Positions 22,957 to 35,400 are shown, counted from the stretch's first letter. The stretch is 64,000 nucleotides of DNA from Dictyostelium discoideum (GCA_000004695.1 CM000151.3:256001-320000), one strand, 5' to 3'. Numbers and translations: made by a program. Notes: generated by a model from the letters alone, not told the origin.

Positions 22957-23124
22957 AAACTAAAATATAAAAATAAAACAATAAATTTTAGAATAATTGT
23001 TTATTAAAATAATAATAATAAAAAAAAAAAAAAAGAAATAAAGAAAAAAAAAGTAATTACGAAGGTGTTAATACCTTTTTTTTTTTCATACGAAGGTGTT
23101 AATACCTTTTTTTTTTTATTTTCA

Positions 23125-23157
<33 letters not shown>

Positions 23158-23447
23158 TTTGTTTTTTTTTTTATTTTTATTTTTTTTTTTCTAAGTATGT
23201 TGTTATAAAAGTGTAGTGTTCATATTTATTTTAATTTCTCTTTTTTTTTTGGTGTACACCAAAAAAATAATATAAAGAAATAATAATGTTAACAAAAAAT
23301 AAAAATAAATATTTCAAGATATTATTTTTTTGAAATTTTAAAATCCATGTGTTTTTATTTTTTTTTGTTTTTTTATTTTTTTTTTTTTTAAGTTTTAAAT
23401 ATTTTCATTTTTTTAACTCATTAGTCAGCTCACTCTTACAAATAATT

Positions 23448-25436
23448 ATGTCAACAAATAAAAAATTTAAAAAATATAATAATAAAATATTTCAAGATGT
23501 TATTGATTTTGAAATTTTAAGATCTATAATCAATTATTTATTAACCAGCAACACAAATAAAAAAAATAATAATAATAATTACAACACTAGTAATCAATAT
23601 AAAATTAATAAATTTTATTTAAATGGAAATGAAATATTAAATTATACATTAGTTTCAAAAAAGTGGTATAATTTTATATCATTAACAATATCAAATAATA
23701 TTATTAATAATAAATTATTTGAACATTGGTTAAAAATTAATTATAATAATAATAATAATTATAATATTATTAATAATAAATCATTTGATAATTGGTTAAA
23801 AATTTATAATAATAATAATAATAAATCATTTATTGAAAACTATAATAATCGAAATCAATATGATAAAAATAATTTATTTTTAAAAAGTGCTAAACAAAAT
23901 AAAATTAGCCAATTTAAAATTAGTTTCAATAAAGAGTTTTCAATTATAAAAATCAAAGAATCAATAATTAATGATTATTTTAAATTCAATTTATTTTTAG
24001 ATTATATTACAATTGATGATTTTAAAGAAATTAAAAAGAAATTTGAAAATAATCAATTACTTTATAATAGAATTGTAATTGATATTAATATTGGAAATGG
24101 TTATGATGATTATAGTTCAAACCAAAGTGATATTATATTTAAAATACATGAATATATATCAAATGAAAATTTAGAGACTATATCAAATTTATTTAAAATA
24201 TTAGAATTAAATTATGTTTATTTGGAAATTGGGGATTATATTCCAAAATCCCCTGAAAAGGGCAAAAGTAATAATAAGAAATGTACCGAAATGTATTTTA
24301 AAAGTTTATCAGTTGATGGTTTATATGAGAACGAAGAAACAGTAAAGATATTCAAAATTTTCAAAGGTAAAAATGTAATATTTCATGGTCCAACACATGC
24401 CGACTCACCATTATTTGACCCAGATAATTCAGGTCAACAAGTTGAATCATTTAAAGTACAAACTGATTTATTCGGATCTTTTGTTGAAGCACGTCATCTA
24501 ATCAAAAGTAATCAATTTGAAAATTTACATTCAATTTCAATAAAAATTAATTCATTTCAAATATTATCAAATATATCTGAAGAAATGGGATCTTATAGAT
24601 TCTATAATAATCATAATTATAAAAATGATCCACCAGATTCGAAAAATATGAAATCAGAATTAAATCAAATGATTAACTCATTCATTACAAGTAAATCTTT
24701 AAAGAATTTAAAAATAACAGCCAATAATACTACACACTATTCAATTGAATATGATGCTTGCTATATTGGAGGTGATCATGAAACTTTTGCAAATAAAATA
24801 AATGAAAATATAGAATCATATTCAAATTCATTTAAACCATTATTTTCAGAATTAAATACATCAATTGAAAGAATTGAATTAAATTGTTGTGGTTTATTAA
24901 ATATCAATACATTTTCAAATTTATTAAATAATAAATCAATTAAATATCTATATTTATACGGTGATAGTGATTTCATTGTTTACTCATCAAAACAAAATGG
25001 TGGTAATAGTGGTGGTGGTGATGGTGTATTACATAAAGAATCTATTTCAATTAATCAGTATTTATTTGATAATATATTTACATCACCATTAACATCAATT
25101 AGACATTATAGAATTAAATTCAAAGAATCAAATCAATTAAAATTAATATTTAATTTAATATTTAATAATATTTTTAAATTACAATTGTATTCATTAATAT
25201 TTAAAATTTATAAAAACGAATTAGTTGGTGAATTTGTTAAAGAATTTAAAAATTTAATAAATAATATTTCAACACAACAAGATCAACAACAAAAATTAAA
25301 TAACATATATTTAAAAGAAATTAAAATAAAAATTGAAGATGATAAATATATTCAAGAATTAAATAATATTAAAAATCCATATTTCACAACAGTAATAAAG
25401 AAATTACCAAAAAGGTTGTGTACACTTAAAAGATAA
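23448..25436 (+). CDS. Tandem-family paralogue (~663 aa from MSTNKKFKKYNNKIF)
   Basis: ORF 23349..25436. The paralogue-conserved ATG is at 23448, preceded by tcagctcactcttacaaataatt. All conserved blocks are present. Gly-rich cassette NGGNSGGGDGVLHKE. Confidence 0.8.
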   Translation: MSTNKKFKKYNNKIFQDVIDFEILRSIINYLLTSNTNKKNNNNNYNTSNQYKINKFYLNGNEILNYTLVSKKWYNFISLTISNNIINNKLFEHWLKINYNNNNNYNIINNKSFDNWLKIYNNNNNKSFIENYNNRNQYDKNNLFLKSAKQNKISQFKISFNKEFSIIKIKESIINDYFKFNLFLDYITIDDFKEIKKKFENNQLLYNRIVIDINIGNGYDDYSSNQSDIIFKIHEYISNENLETISNLFKILELNYVYLEIGDYIPKSPEKGKSNNKKCTEMYFKSLSVDGLYENEETVKIFKIFKGKNVIFHGPTHADSPLFDPDNSGQQVESFKVQTDLFGSFVEARHLIKSNQFENLHSISIKINSFQILSNISEEMGSYRFYNNHNYKNDPPDSKNMKSELNQMINSFITSKSLKNLKITANNTTHYSIEYDACYIGGDHETFANKINENIESYSNSFKPLFSELNTSIERIELNCCGLLNINTFSNLLNNKSIKYLYLYGDSDFIVYSSKQNGGNSGGGDGVLHKESISINQYLFDNIFTSPLTSIRHYRIKFKESNQLKLIFNLIFNNIFKLQLYSLIFKIYKNELVGEFVKEFKNLINNISTQQDQQQKLNNIYLKEIKIKIEDDKYIQELNNIKNPYFTTVIKKLPKRLCTLKR

Positions 25437-25454
25437 AAAATAAAACATCAAAAA

Positions 25455-25930
25455 AACTGGTGATTATGGTAGTGGTGGAAGTGGTAGTGGTAATAGTGGT
25501 GGTGATGGTGTATTACATAAAGAACCTATTTCAATTAATCAATATTTATTTGAAAATATATTTACATCTCAATAAACATCAATTAGACATTATAAAATTA
25601 AATTCAAAAATTCAAAACAATTAAAATTAATATTTAATTTAATATTAAATAATATTTTTAAATTACAATTATATTCATTAATATTTGAATTCTATGAAAA
25701 AGAATTAATTGGCGAATTTGATAAAGAATTTAAAAATTTAATAAATAATATTTCAACACAACAACAACAAAAATCAAATAACATAAATCTAAAAGAAATT
25801 AAAATTAAAATTAAAATTAAAATTAGACATAATGAATTAATTCAAAAATTAAATAATATTAATAATCCATATTTCAAAACAGTGATAAAGAAAATAGCTT
25901 TTAATGATGGTCGTGCACCGGAGAAAAAAA
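25455..25930 (+). pseudogene. 3'-terminal fragment duplicate of the family gene (segmental partial duplication) with an in-frame stop
   Basis: Encodes GDYGSGGSGSGNSGGDGVLHKEPISINQYLFENIFTSQ-stop-TSIRHYKIKFKNSKQLKLIFNLILNNIFKLQLYSLIFEF...NPYFKTVIKKIA. No 5' part is present. Confidence 0.7.
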
Positions 25931-26233
25931 CCTAAGAAATTTTACTATTTTGTGAGAAATTAAACTACCGCAAAAACTCATATTTTAAGAAACGATATTA
26001 TAATTTAATAAAATTTTTAACAAACTAATATCAATTTCTAATTAATAATTAATCACACTTTATTATTAAATTATCATAAAATAATAAAAGAATCTGGCCA
26101 TAATAAAAATATATTTTAATAAATTAAAAATTGATAAAATCTAATATTATTTAATTAAAATTACATTGGTCCATCAACTTCCATGCTGCATCATCAAACT
26201 GCTCCATAAACAACAATAAACAGCAACCAATCA

Positions 26234-26272
<39 letters not shown>

Positions 26273-26760
26273 GATTTAAATTTAGGAACAATTCACAAAA
26301 GTCATACTAATTATACCTTGTGATGTGAGGATTAAATTGAGTTTGTGCTTGAATTGATTGATCATGCAGAGTTTCTGAGCGGTTTGTCTGGTTGGTTCCA
26401 GATGTTCCAACACACCCTTTGATTTATATGTTGTTGATTTATATATTTGTTTGAGTGTGACACATTTGAAGGTTTAAAAAAAAAAAAAAAAAAAATTAAA
26501 AAAAAAAAAAATTTTTATTATTTATTTTTTTTAAACCATGACCAAATTTTTTTTTTTTTTTTTTTTTTGTGTTTATTTTAATAATTTATTTGTTTTTAAA
26601 TTTGTTTGAAATAGAAAAAGAATGAAACTTTAAAATTAAAAAAAAAATATGGAGATATTTGTGATGGTACCATTAAATTTCAAAAAAAAAAAAAAATTAA
26701 AAAAAATTTAAAAAAAAAAAATTGAAAAAATGAGCCATCCAAAATATCTGATTATTTTAT

Positions 26761-26802
<42 letters not shown>

Positions 26803-26858
26803 AAATTTAATTTTTTTTTTTAATTTTTTTATTAAAAAAAAAAAAAAAAAAAATCTAG

Positions 26859-26898
26859 CATTAGTCAGACTCACTCTTTATAATTTAGACTAATAATA
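26859..26898 (+). promoter_or_regulatory. Family-conserved upstream/5'-UTR motif (A)ACATTAGTCAGACTCACTCTTTATAATTTAAACAAATAATA immediately before the ATG
   Basis: Recurs at 29149-29189, 32432-32472, 38733-38764, 41635-41662, 23420-23447, 6826-6860 (pseudogene), 40795-40830 (orphan), 55540-55563, and inverted at 45917-45955. Degenerate versions at 1990-2016 and 4250-4279. Confidence 0.6.
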
Positions 26899-28827
26899 AT
26901 GTCAACAAATAAAAAAATAAAAACAGATAATAATAATAAAAAATTACAAGATATTATTGATTTTGAAATTTTAAAATCTATAATTAATTATTTATTAATC
27001 AACAAAAAAAATAATAATAATAATAATAATACTAGTAATCAATATAAAATTAATAAATTTTATTTTAATATAAATGAAATATTAAATTATATATTAGTTT
27101 CAAAAAAGTGGTATAATTTTATATCATTAACAATATCAAATAATATTATTAATAATAAATCATTTGAACATTGTTTAAAAATTAATTATAATAATAATAA
27201 TAAATCATTTATTGAAAATTATAATAATCAAAATCAATATGATAAAAATTATTTAATTTTTAAAAACAAAGATAATAACCAATATAAAATTAGTTTTAAT
27301 AAAGAGTTTACAATTATAAAAATCAAAGAATCAATAATTGAAGATTATTTTAAATTCAATTTATTTTTACATAAGTTTGAATTTGAAGATTTTAAAGAAA
27401 TTAAAAATAAATTTGAAAATAATCAATTACTTTATAATAGAATTGTAGTTAATGTTGATACTGATTATATGTGTGAAGATGATACTTTATTAAGAATACA
27501 GAAATATATATCAAATGAGAATCCAGAAATCATATCAAATTTATTTAAAATATTAGAATTAAATTTTGGTTTTTGGTTGGAAAATGGTTATCGTCCAGAT
27601 TCTGAAGAGGATGAGGAGGAGGGGGAGGATGATGATGATGATACTGATGATAAAGGTAATAAGAAATGTACCACTGAATTATATTTAAATAATATATCAA
27701 TTGATGGTTTTTGTATAGATGATGGTGAAGATAATGAAACAGTAAAGATATTCAAAATTTTAAAAGGTAGAAATTTAATTTATAGGGGATCTGATGTTGA
27801 AAGTGATAGTCCGACACATGTCAATTATTCAGCATTATTTGATCCAGACAATTCAGGCCAACAAGTTGAATCAATTAAAGTAAAAAATGAGTCTGATAAT
27901 GAAGAATTTGTTGAAGCACGTCATTTAATCAAAGTTCATCAATTTGAAAATTTACATTCAATTACAATACCAATTAATTCATTTCAAATATTATCAAACT
28001 TATCTGAAGAAATGGGATTTTATTCGTTATATCGTAATAATGCAGATTCAGGTAATTCAGAAAATATGAAATCAGAATTAAATCAAATGATCAATTCATT
28101 AATTACATGTAAATCTTTAAAGAATTTAAATTTATCATGTGCAAAATATATAAGCTTTAGTTTTGATGATTTTTCTCGTTTTGATCAAATTTTTGCTAAT
28201 CAAATAAATGAAACTATAGAATCATATTCAAATTCCTTTAAACCATTATTTTCAGAATTAAATACATCAATTGAAAGAATTGAATTTGATTGTATGGGTT
28301 TATTAAATATCAATACATTTTCAAATTTATTAAATAATAAATCAATTAAATATTTATATTTGTATGGTAATAGTGATTTCATTGTTTACTCATCAAAACA
28401 AACTGGTGATAATGGTGGTGGTGGTGATGATGATATTAATGAATTACATAAAGAACTTATTTCAACTAATCAATATTTATTTGATAATATATTTTCATCA
28501 CCATTAACATCAATTAGACATTATAAAATTAAATTCATAGAATCAAAACAAATAAAATTCATATTTAATTTAATATTAAATAATATTTTTAAATTACAAT
28601 TATATTCATTAATATTCGAATTCAATGAAAACGAAATAGTTGGTGAATTTGTTAAAGAGTATAAAGATTTAATAAATAATATTTCAACACAACAAAAACA
28701 AGAACAAAAATCAAATAACATAAATTTAAAAGAAATTAAAATTAAAATTAAAGATGATAAATATATTCAAGAATTAAATAATATTAATAATCCATATTTC
28801 TCAACAGTAATAAAGAAAATGGCTTGA
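26899..28827 (+). CDS. Tandem-family paralogue (642 aa)
   Basis: Intact ORF. Conserved blocks and upstream motif cattagtcagactcactctttataatttagactaataata at 26859-26898. Confidence 0.85.
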   Translation: MSTNKKIKTDNNNKKLQDIIDFEILKSIINYLLINKKNNNNNNNTSNQYKINKFYFNINEILNYILVSKKWYNFISLTISNNIINNKSFEHCLKINYNNNNKSFIENYNNQNQYDKNYLIFKNKDNNQYKISFNKEFTIIKIKESIIEDYFKFNLFLHKFEFEDFKEIKNKFENNQLLYNRIVVNVDTDYMCEDDTLLRIQKYISNENPEIISNLFKILELNFGFWLENGYRPDSEEDEEEGEDDDDDTDDKGNKKCTTELYLNNISIDGFCIDDGEDNETVKIFKILKGRNLIYRGSDVESDSPTHVNYSALFDPDNSGQQVESIKVKNESDNEEFVEARHLIKVHQFENLHSITIPINSFQILSNLSEEMGFYSLYRNNADSGNSENMKSELNQMINSLITCKSLKNLNLSCAKYISFSFDDFSRFDQIFANQINETIESYSNSFKPLFSELNTSIERIEFDCMGLLNINTFSNLLNNKSIKYLYLYGNSDFIVYSSKQTGDNGGGGDDDINELHKELISTNQYLFDNIFSSPLTSIRHYKIKFIESKQIKFIFNLILNNIFKLQLYSLIFEFNENEIVGEFVKEYKDLINNISTQQKQEQKSNNINLKEIKIKIKDDKYIQELNNINNPYFSTVIKKMA

Positions 28828-29189
28828 TTAAGGTTATTTATAAAAAAAAAAAAAAATAAAAAAAAAAATAAAAAAACTTATATTTTTTAAATTTATAATT
28901 TTTTTTTTTTTCATTTTATGTGGACCTATCTTTTTCCAAAAACTAATTATGTTTTTTTTTTTTTTTTAATACATTAACATAAATTTTTTTTTTTTTCACA
29001 CAATAACACACATTTTTTGAAATTAATTTTTGATATTTTTTTTTTTTTACCAAAAAAAAAAAATATTAAATTAAATTTTTTTTTTTTTTTATTTTTTTAT
29101 TTTAATACAGGTCAACCAATTGGCAAACTAAAAAAAAAAAAAAATTTAACATTAGTTAGACTCACTCTTAATAATTTTAATAAATAATA

Positions 29190-29297
29190 ATGTTAACAAA
29201 TAAACAAATAAAAACAGATAACAATAAAATATTTCAAGATATTATTGATTTTGAAATATTAAAATCAATAATCAATTATTTATTAATTAGCAAAAAT

Positions 29298-29345
<48 letters not shown>

Positions 29346-31112
29346 AGTAATCAATATAAAATTAGTAAATTTTATTTAAATAGAAATGAAATATTAAATT
29401 ATATATTAGTTTCAAAAAAGTGGTATAATTTTTTATCATTAACAATATCAAATAATTTTATTAATAATAAATCATTTGAACATTGGTTAAACATTGATAA
29501 AAATAATAATAAATCATTTATTGAAAATTATAATAATCAAAATCAATATGATAAAAATAATTTAATTTATAAAAACAAAGATAATAAACAAAATAAAATT
29601 AGTTATAATAAGGAATTTTCAATTATAAAAATCAAAGAATCAATAATCAATGATTATTTTAAATTCAATTTATTTTTAAATAGTATTACAGTTGATGAAT
29701 TTACAGAAATTAAAAATAAATTTGAAAATAATCAATTACTTTATAATAGAATTATAGTTAATCTAGAAACTAGTTATGATGCGGATGTTACTCTATTTAT
29801 AATACATGAATATCTCTCAAATGAAAACTCAGAAATCATATCAAATTTATTTAAAATATTAGAATTAAATTATAATTTTTTGTTGCCTGGAGGTAATAGT
29901 CCAAATTTAGAAGAGGAGGAGGATGATACTGATGATGAAGGTAATAATGAAGGTACTGAATTATATTTTAATAATTTATCAATTTCTAGTTATAATGAAA
30001 ATGTAGTTGAAGATAGAGAAACAGTAATGATATTTAAAATTTTTAAAGGCAAAAATTTAATTTATAAAAGATCTCAAGTTGATTATGATTATCCAACACA
30101 TATGAATTATTCAGAATTATTTGATCCAGATAATTCTGGTCAACAAGTTGAATCGATTAAAGTAATAATTGAAACTGATGGTAATGGAGAGTCTGTTGAA
30201 GCACGTCATTTAATCAAAGTTAATCAATTTGAAAATTTACATTCAATTACAATACCAATTTATTCATTTCAAATATTATCAAACTTATCTGAAGAAATAG
30301 GATTTTTTGTGTTCTATCGTAATAATGCAGAATTTGGTAATTCAGGTACTTCAGAAAATATGAAATCAGAATTAATTCAAATGATTAATTCATTCGTTAC
30401 AAGTAAATCTTTAAAGAATTTAAATATATCATCAGTAAATTCAAACTACTCAATTAGTTATAAAGATTATGCTAGTTATGATGGTGATCATGAAATTTTG
30501 GCTAATAATATAAATGAAAATATAGAATCATTTTCAAATTGTTTTAAACCATTATTTTCAGAATTAAATACATCAATTGAAAGAATTGGATTTGATTGTT
30601 GTGGTTTATTAAAAATCAATACATTTTCAAATTTATTAAATAATAAATCAATTAAATATTTATATTTAAATAATTGTGATTTCATTGTTCACTCACCAAA
30701 ACCAATTGATAGTGATTTACATAAAGAACCAATTTCAATTAATAAATATTTATTTGATAATATATTTTCATCACCATTAACATCAATTAGACATTATAAA
30801 ATTAATATCAAAAAATTGAAACAATTAAAATTCATATTTAATTTAATATTAAATAATATTTTTAAATTACAATTATATTCATTAATATTCGAATTCAGTC
30901 AAAACGAATTAATTGGTGAATTTTTTAAAGAACTTAAAAATTTAATAAATAATATTTCAACACAGCAACAACAACAACAACAACAACAAAAAATATCAAA
31001 TAACATAAATTTAAAAGAAATTAAAATTAAAATTAAAGATGATGAACACATTCAAGAATTAAATAATATTAATAATCCATATTTTGCAACAGTGATAAAG
31101 AAAATAGCTTGA
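29190..31112 (+). CDS. Tandem-family paralogue (640 aa). (AAT)n-encoded poly-N near the N-terminus; polyQ9 near the C-terminus.
   Basis: Intact ORF. Upstream motif aacattagttagactcactcttaataattttaataaataata. Confidence 0.85.
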
Positions 31113-31399
31113 TTATGGTTATGTTTATTAGAAAAAAAAACCAAAGTACTTAAATAGCTCAAAAACCAAACATTTCAGAAATTCTTATTTTAGAAAAAAA
31201 AAAAAATAAAAAAAAAAAAGAATAAAAAAAAAAATAAAAAAAAGGATATATGTATTTATAGATCTTAATTATACAAATAATAAAATTATCTTATTTTAAT
31301 ACCTATTTTTTTTTTGATAATCCGAAAAAAAAATAAGAGTTCTATTATTTTATTTTTTTTTTTTTTTTTTTTTTTTTTTAGTTTCGAGAAACTAAATGT

Positions 31400-32060
31400 G
31401 GAAGTGAATCTGTGTCTTCTTATTTAACGATTATTGATAAAGAGTGAGTACATGCATTTGAAGTTTTACCACCACCACCACTACTACTTGATTTACCTCC
31501 AGTAGTTAAAGTTTTACCACCACGGCCACTACTTGATTTACCGTCAGTAGTTGATGCTGAATGGAAAGTTGATGGATGTGGACCAGTAGTGGTTGATGAT
31601 GTAGTATGAGTAGTTGAAGATTGAATAGATACCAAATGATGAGAGTGCGCTATTAATTTGAACAATGTAATTGAAAACTACTAAAACAAAGTAAGTTGAA
31701 TCTCAGGTAAGTGGCATAATAGTTTGAACGTGGTGGTATTGTGTAAAGAAAATCGTTGACATAGTAACCTTTTTCTTTTCTTCTTTTTCTTCTTTTTCTT
31801 CTTTTTCTTTGGTGTACACAGGGTCATAGGTTCCCCGTCATTTTTTGAAAATGGGGCCTATCCCCTTAAAATAAAAAACTATATGCTAAAATTTATCTCT
31901 TTTTATATCCAATGTTGATTTAATATTATCTACGAAATGCTTATCTAACCAATAGATACCTGCTTTTTCATTTCTAATTGTACCAAGATTAAATTGAGTC
32001 AGTGAAATGTTTTGAATTGTACCTAATGAATCTTTATTATTATTATTATCTCTATTAAAA
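31400..32060 (-). repeat. Composite S/T-rich unit, copy 1. Minus-strand S/T/G-rich ORF 31420..31665, a conserved 5' module with ATGTCAACGAT... first-exon-like segment and GTAAGT motifs (31640-31770), (TTCTTC)n, then a ~200-bp module GGTGTACACAGGGTCATAGGTTCCCCGTCATTTTTTGAAAATGGGGCCTATCCCCTTAAAATAAAA... (31808-31990).
   Basis: The same multi-part unit recurs at 36745-37330, 37545-38220, 43510-43625 (truncated) and, inverted, at 63190-63490. Confidence 0.5.
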
Positions 32061-32164
32061 TAAAAATAAATTAAAAAAAAAAAATGAAAAAAAAAATGAA
32101 AAAAAAAAAAATGAAAAAAAAAAAAAATTAAAAAAAAAAGGGTTTTTTTTTTTTTTATTTTAAT

Positions 32165-32380
32165 TATTTTAAAGTAATTTCATTGTTTACTCATCAAAAC
32201 CTATTGATAATAGTAAAGGTCTTGGTGGTGGTGGTGGTGGTCGATTACATAAAGAACCTATTTTAATTTATTAATATTTATTTGATAATATTTTCATCAC
32301 CATTAACATCAATTAGATATTATAAAATTTAATATCTATAGTCCAAAACTATTAATAATCCATATTTCACAATAATATTA
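32165..32380 (+). pseudogene. Short degenerate 3' fragment of a family gene
   Basis: ...FIVYSSKPIDNSKGLGGGGGGRLHKEPILIY-stop..FDNIFITININ-stop-ILNNPYFTIIL. Frames are broken. Confidence 0.6.
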
Positions 32381-32431
32381 TGAAAAAATAAAAATTAATT
32401 ATTATCCAAAAAAAAAAAAAAAAAAAATTTA

Positions 32432-32472
32432 ACATTGGTCAAACCCACTCTTTATAATTTAAACAAATAATA
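32432..32472 (+). promoter_or_regulatory. Family-conserved upstream motif (aacattggtcaaacccactctttataatttaaacaaataata)
   Basis: Alignment across paralogues. Confidence 0.6.
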
Positions 32473-34452
32473 ATGTCAACAAGTAAAAAAATTAAAACAG
32501 ATAATAATAATAAAATATTTCAAGATGTTATTGATTTTGAAATTTTAAAATCTATTATCAATTATTTATTAATCAGTAAAAAAAATAATAAAAATAATAA
32601 TACTATTAATCAATATAAAATTAGTAAATTTTATTTAAATAGAAATGAAATATTAAATTATATATTAGTTTCAAAAAAGTGGTATAATTTTATATCATTA
32701 ACAATATCAAATAATATTATTAATAATAAATCATTTGAACATTGGTTAGAAATTAATTATAATAAAAATAAATCATTTACTGAAAATTATAATAATCAAA
32801 ATCAATATGATAAAAATAATTTAGTTTTTTATAGTAAAGATGATGGTGAATTCTATGTACATAAACATAATAATATTAGTTTTAATAAAGAGTTTTCAAT
32901 TATAAAAATCAAAGAATCAATAATCAATGATTATCTCAAAAACAATTTATTTTTAGATAAAATTACAATTGATGATTTTAAAGAAATTAAAAATAAATTT
33001 GAAAATAATCAATTACTTTATAATAGAATTGTAGTTAATTTTTGTCGTAATAATGATGATACACAAATGACAACATATAAATATGGTGAAGTTCATTATT
33101 TTAAAGATCAATATAAAATTTTATTTAAAATACATGAATATGTATCAAATGAAAATTCAGAAACCATATCAAATTTATTTAAAGTGTTAGAATTAAATCA
33201 TGATTTTGAGTTGGATAAAATTTATAATCCAAAATCTGAAAAGGATAATAAAGGTAATAAGAAACCTACTACTGAATTATATTTAAATAGTTTATCAATT
33301 GTTGGTTATGATTGGAGTAAAGATGAGGATGATGATGAAGAAACAGTAAAGATATTCAAAATTTTCAAAGGTAAGAATTTAATTTATGATGGTTCCGATA
33401 TTCAGCATGAAATTTCAACACATGTCAATTATTCAGCATTATTTGACCCAGATAACTCAGGTCAACAAGTTGAATCAATTAAAGTAAAAAGTGAACGTGG
33501 TAATGATGAGTATGTCGAAGCACGTCATTTAATTAAAATTAATCAATTTGAAAATTTACATTCAATTACAATACCAATTAATTCATTTCAAATATTATCA
33601 AACTTATCCGATGATAAAATGGTATTTTATCAGTTTCATAGATATGATACAGATCCAGACAATTCAGATAATATGAAATCAGAATTAAATCAAATGATCA
33701 ATTCACTCATCACATGTAAATCTTTAAAGAATTTAAAAATACTATGTGTAAATTCAAAAAACTATTCAATTGATTTTGAAAGATTGGTTGGTGGTGATAA
33801 AGTTTCGCCTTATGAAATAAATAAAACTATAGAATCATTTTCAAATTCATTTAAACCATTATTTTCAGAATTAAATTCATCAATTGAAAGAATTGAATTT
33901 GATTGTATGGGTTTATTAAATATCAATACATTTTCAAATTTATTAAATAATAAATCAATTAAATATTTATATTTATATGATGATAGTGATTTCTTTGTTT
34001 ACTCTTCAAAAGCAAGTGATAATGGTGGTGGTAATGAATTACATAAAGAACCTATTTCAATTAATCAATATTTACTTGAGAATATTTTTTCATCACCATT
34101 AACATCAATCAGGCATTATAGAATTTGTTTCAGAGAATCAAAACAATTAAAATTCATATTTAATTTAATATTAAATAATATTTTTAAATTACATTTATAT
34201 TCATTAATATTTGAATTCTGTGAAAACGAAATAGTTGGTGAATTTGTTAAAGAATATAAAAATTTAATAAATAATATTTCAACACAACAACAACAACAAG
34301 AAGAACAACAAAAATCAAACAACATCAATTTAAAAGAAATTAAAATTAAAATTATAACTCCATTTGAATATGAAGAATATATTCAAGAATTGAATAATAT
34401 TAATAATCCATATTTCGCAACAGTAATAAAGAAAATAATTACTGATTGTTAG
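32473..34452 (+). CDS. Tandem-family paralogue (659 aa)
   Basis: Intact ORF. Upstream motif aacattggtcaaacccactctttataatttaaacaaataata (32432-32472). Confidence 0.85.
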   Translation: MSTSKKIKTDNNNKIFQDVIDFEILKSIINYLLISKKNNKNNNTINQYKISKFYLNRNEILNYILVSKKWYNFISLTISNNIINNKSFEHWLEINYNKNKSFTENYNNQNQYDKNNLVFYSKDDGEFYVHKHNNISFNKEFSIIKIKESIINDYLKNNLFLDKITIDDFKEIKNKFENNQLLYNRIVVNFCRNNDDTQMTTYKYGEVHYFKDQYKILFKIHEYVSNENSETISNLFKVLELNHDFELDKIYNPKSEKDNKGNKKPTTELYLNSLSIVGYDWSKDEDDDEETVKIFKIFKGKNLIYDGSDIQHEISTHVNYSALFDPDNSGQQVESIKVKSERGNDEYVEARHLIKINQFENLHSITIPINSFQILSNLSDDKMVFYQFHRYDTDPDNSDNMKSELNQMINSLITCKSLKNLKILCVNSKNYSIDFERLVGGDKVSPYEINKTIESFSNSFKPLFSELNSSIERIEFDCMGLLNINTFSNLLNNKSIKYLYLYDDSDFFVYSSKASDNGGGNELHKEPISINQYLLENIFSSPLTSIRHYRICFRESKQLKFIFNLILNNIFKLHLYSLIFEFCENEIVGEFVKEYKNLINNISTQQQQQEEQQKSNNINLKEIKIKIITPFEYEEYIQELNNINNPYFATVIKKIITDC

Positions 34453-35214
34453 AAAATAAAAAATAAAAAATAAAAAAAAAAACAAAAAAAAATATTTCTA
34501 ATATTAATACATGTATGCATAGAGTTTTTATTCTAACATTCAATTTTTGTTTTTGGCGAAGTGTTAAATTAAAATACTTATAGGCTATCTCTTTGATGAA
34601 AGGAATTGTTATCCTTCTCTTGCCAAGTTTGTTTTAATTATAATACTATTGGAATGTGAAGATAGTGATAAATTATTATATGGTAGCAGTGATTTTGGAA
34701 TATGGAGATGATGGTGATAATAAAGATTTTTGGTTGAAAAAGATGGTGAAACTTTGTGAAGTTGTTGATAGATCTTTTAAACCTAAACTTTGCATATTGG
34801 AATAGCTGATGTTATTGAACAAAATACATTACCTCTAAAACCAAATAATTATGTTTGAACCACCAAATAAACTAGTTCCAAAGCTTGAAATTGTAAATAA
34901 TAGACCACCAATTGGTTGAGTTGAATCACATAGAAATCCACCATAGTAGTTGTTGATTGATGAGCCATGAGTAAATTGGTAGATGCCAATTCGAAGATGC
35001 TCCACTAGGTGATTATTGTATTGAAGCGAACAATTCCCAAGTGATACATATCAAGCAGTTAATACATCATCAGATTCACCATTCTCTTCAGACAATTCAA
35101 TTGTTAAATCATGTTTCAGGAACATTAGATTATCAAAACTTAGGTTTATCAACATTCTATGAAATTGGTACCATTGTTTGGATTGATTCAAATAACAATG
35201 ATAAATTCGAACAA

Positions 35215-35400
35215 CCACGTGATTGTCCCATGCCAAAATTATCATATTAATTTCAGCAGCCATATTAATTTTGGCATGGGACTTATGTCTGCCAAAATTA
35301 CCGTATTAATTTCAGCATGTACATAGCAGCCAAAATTAATAAGGTAATTTTGGCATAGAAAAAAAAAAAAGTCAAAGTCATTTAATTAATAATCATCTCA
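35215..35400. repeat. MITE-like palindromic repeat, partial copy (hairpin core CCCATGCCAAAATTATCATATTAATTTCAGCAGCCATATTAATTTTGGCATGGGAC)
   Basis: Same family as 35960-36420, 43680-43885, 47440-47580 and 51690-52150. Confidence 0.6.

Noticed and set aside
31420-31665. Treating 31420..31665, 37845..38213 and 63199..63486 as ordinary ATG-initiated genes
   Set aside because: The 31420..31665 start is TTG (reverse complement of caa at 31663-31665), and the others begin inside microsatellites. The ORF track evidently accepts non-ATG starts. They are kept only as parts of the composite repeat unit, with the coding question left open.
34540-35265. Minus-strand coding-like run (…LTIELSEENGESDDVLTA / YVSLGNCSLQYNNHLVEHLRIGIYQFTHGSSINNYYGGFLCDSTQPIGGLLFTISSFGT…), including ORF 35051..35263
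   Set aside because: The ORF start lies inside the MITE hairpin (35215-35275) and the reading is broken by stops with no recognisable domain. Possibly a gene relic, but not supportable as a feature.
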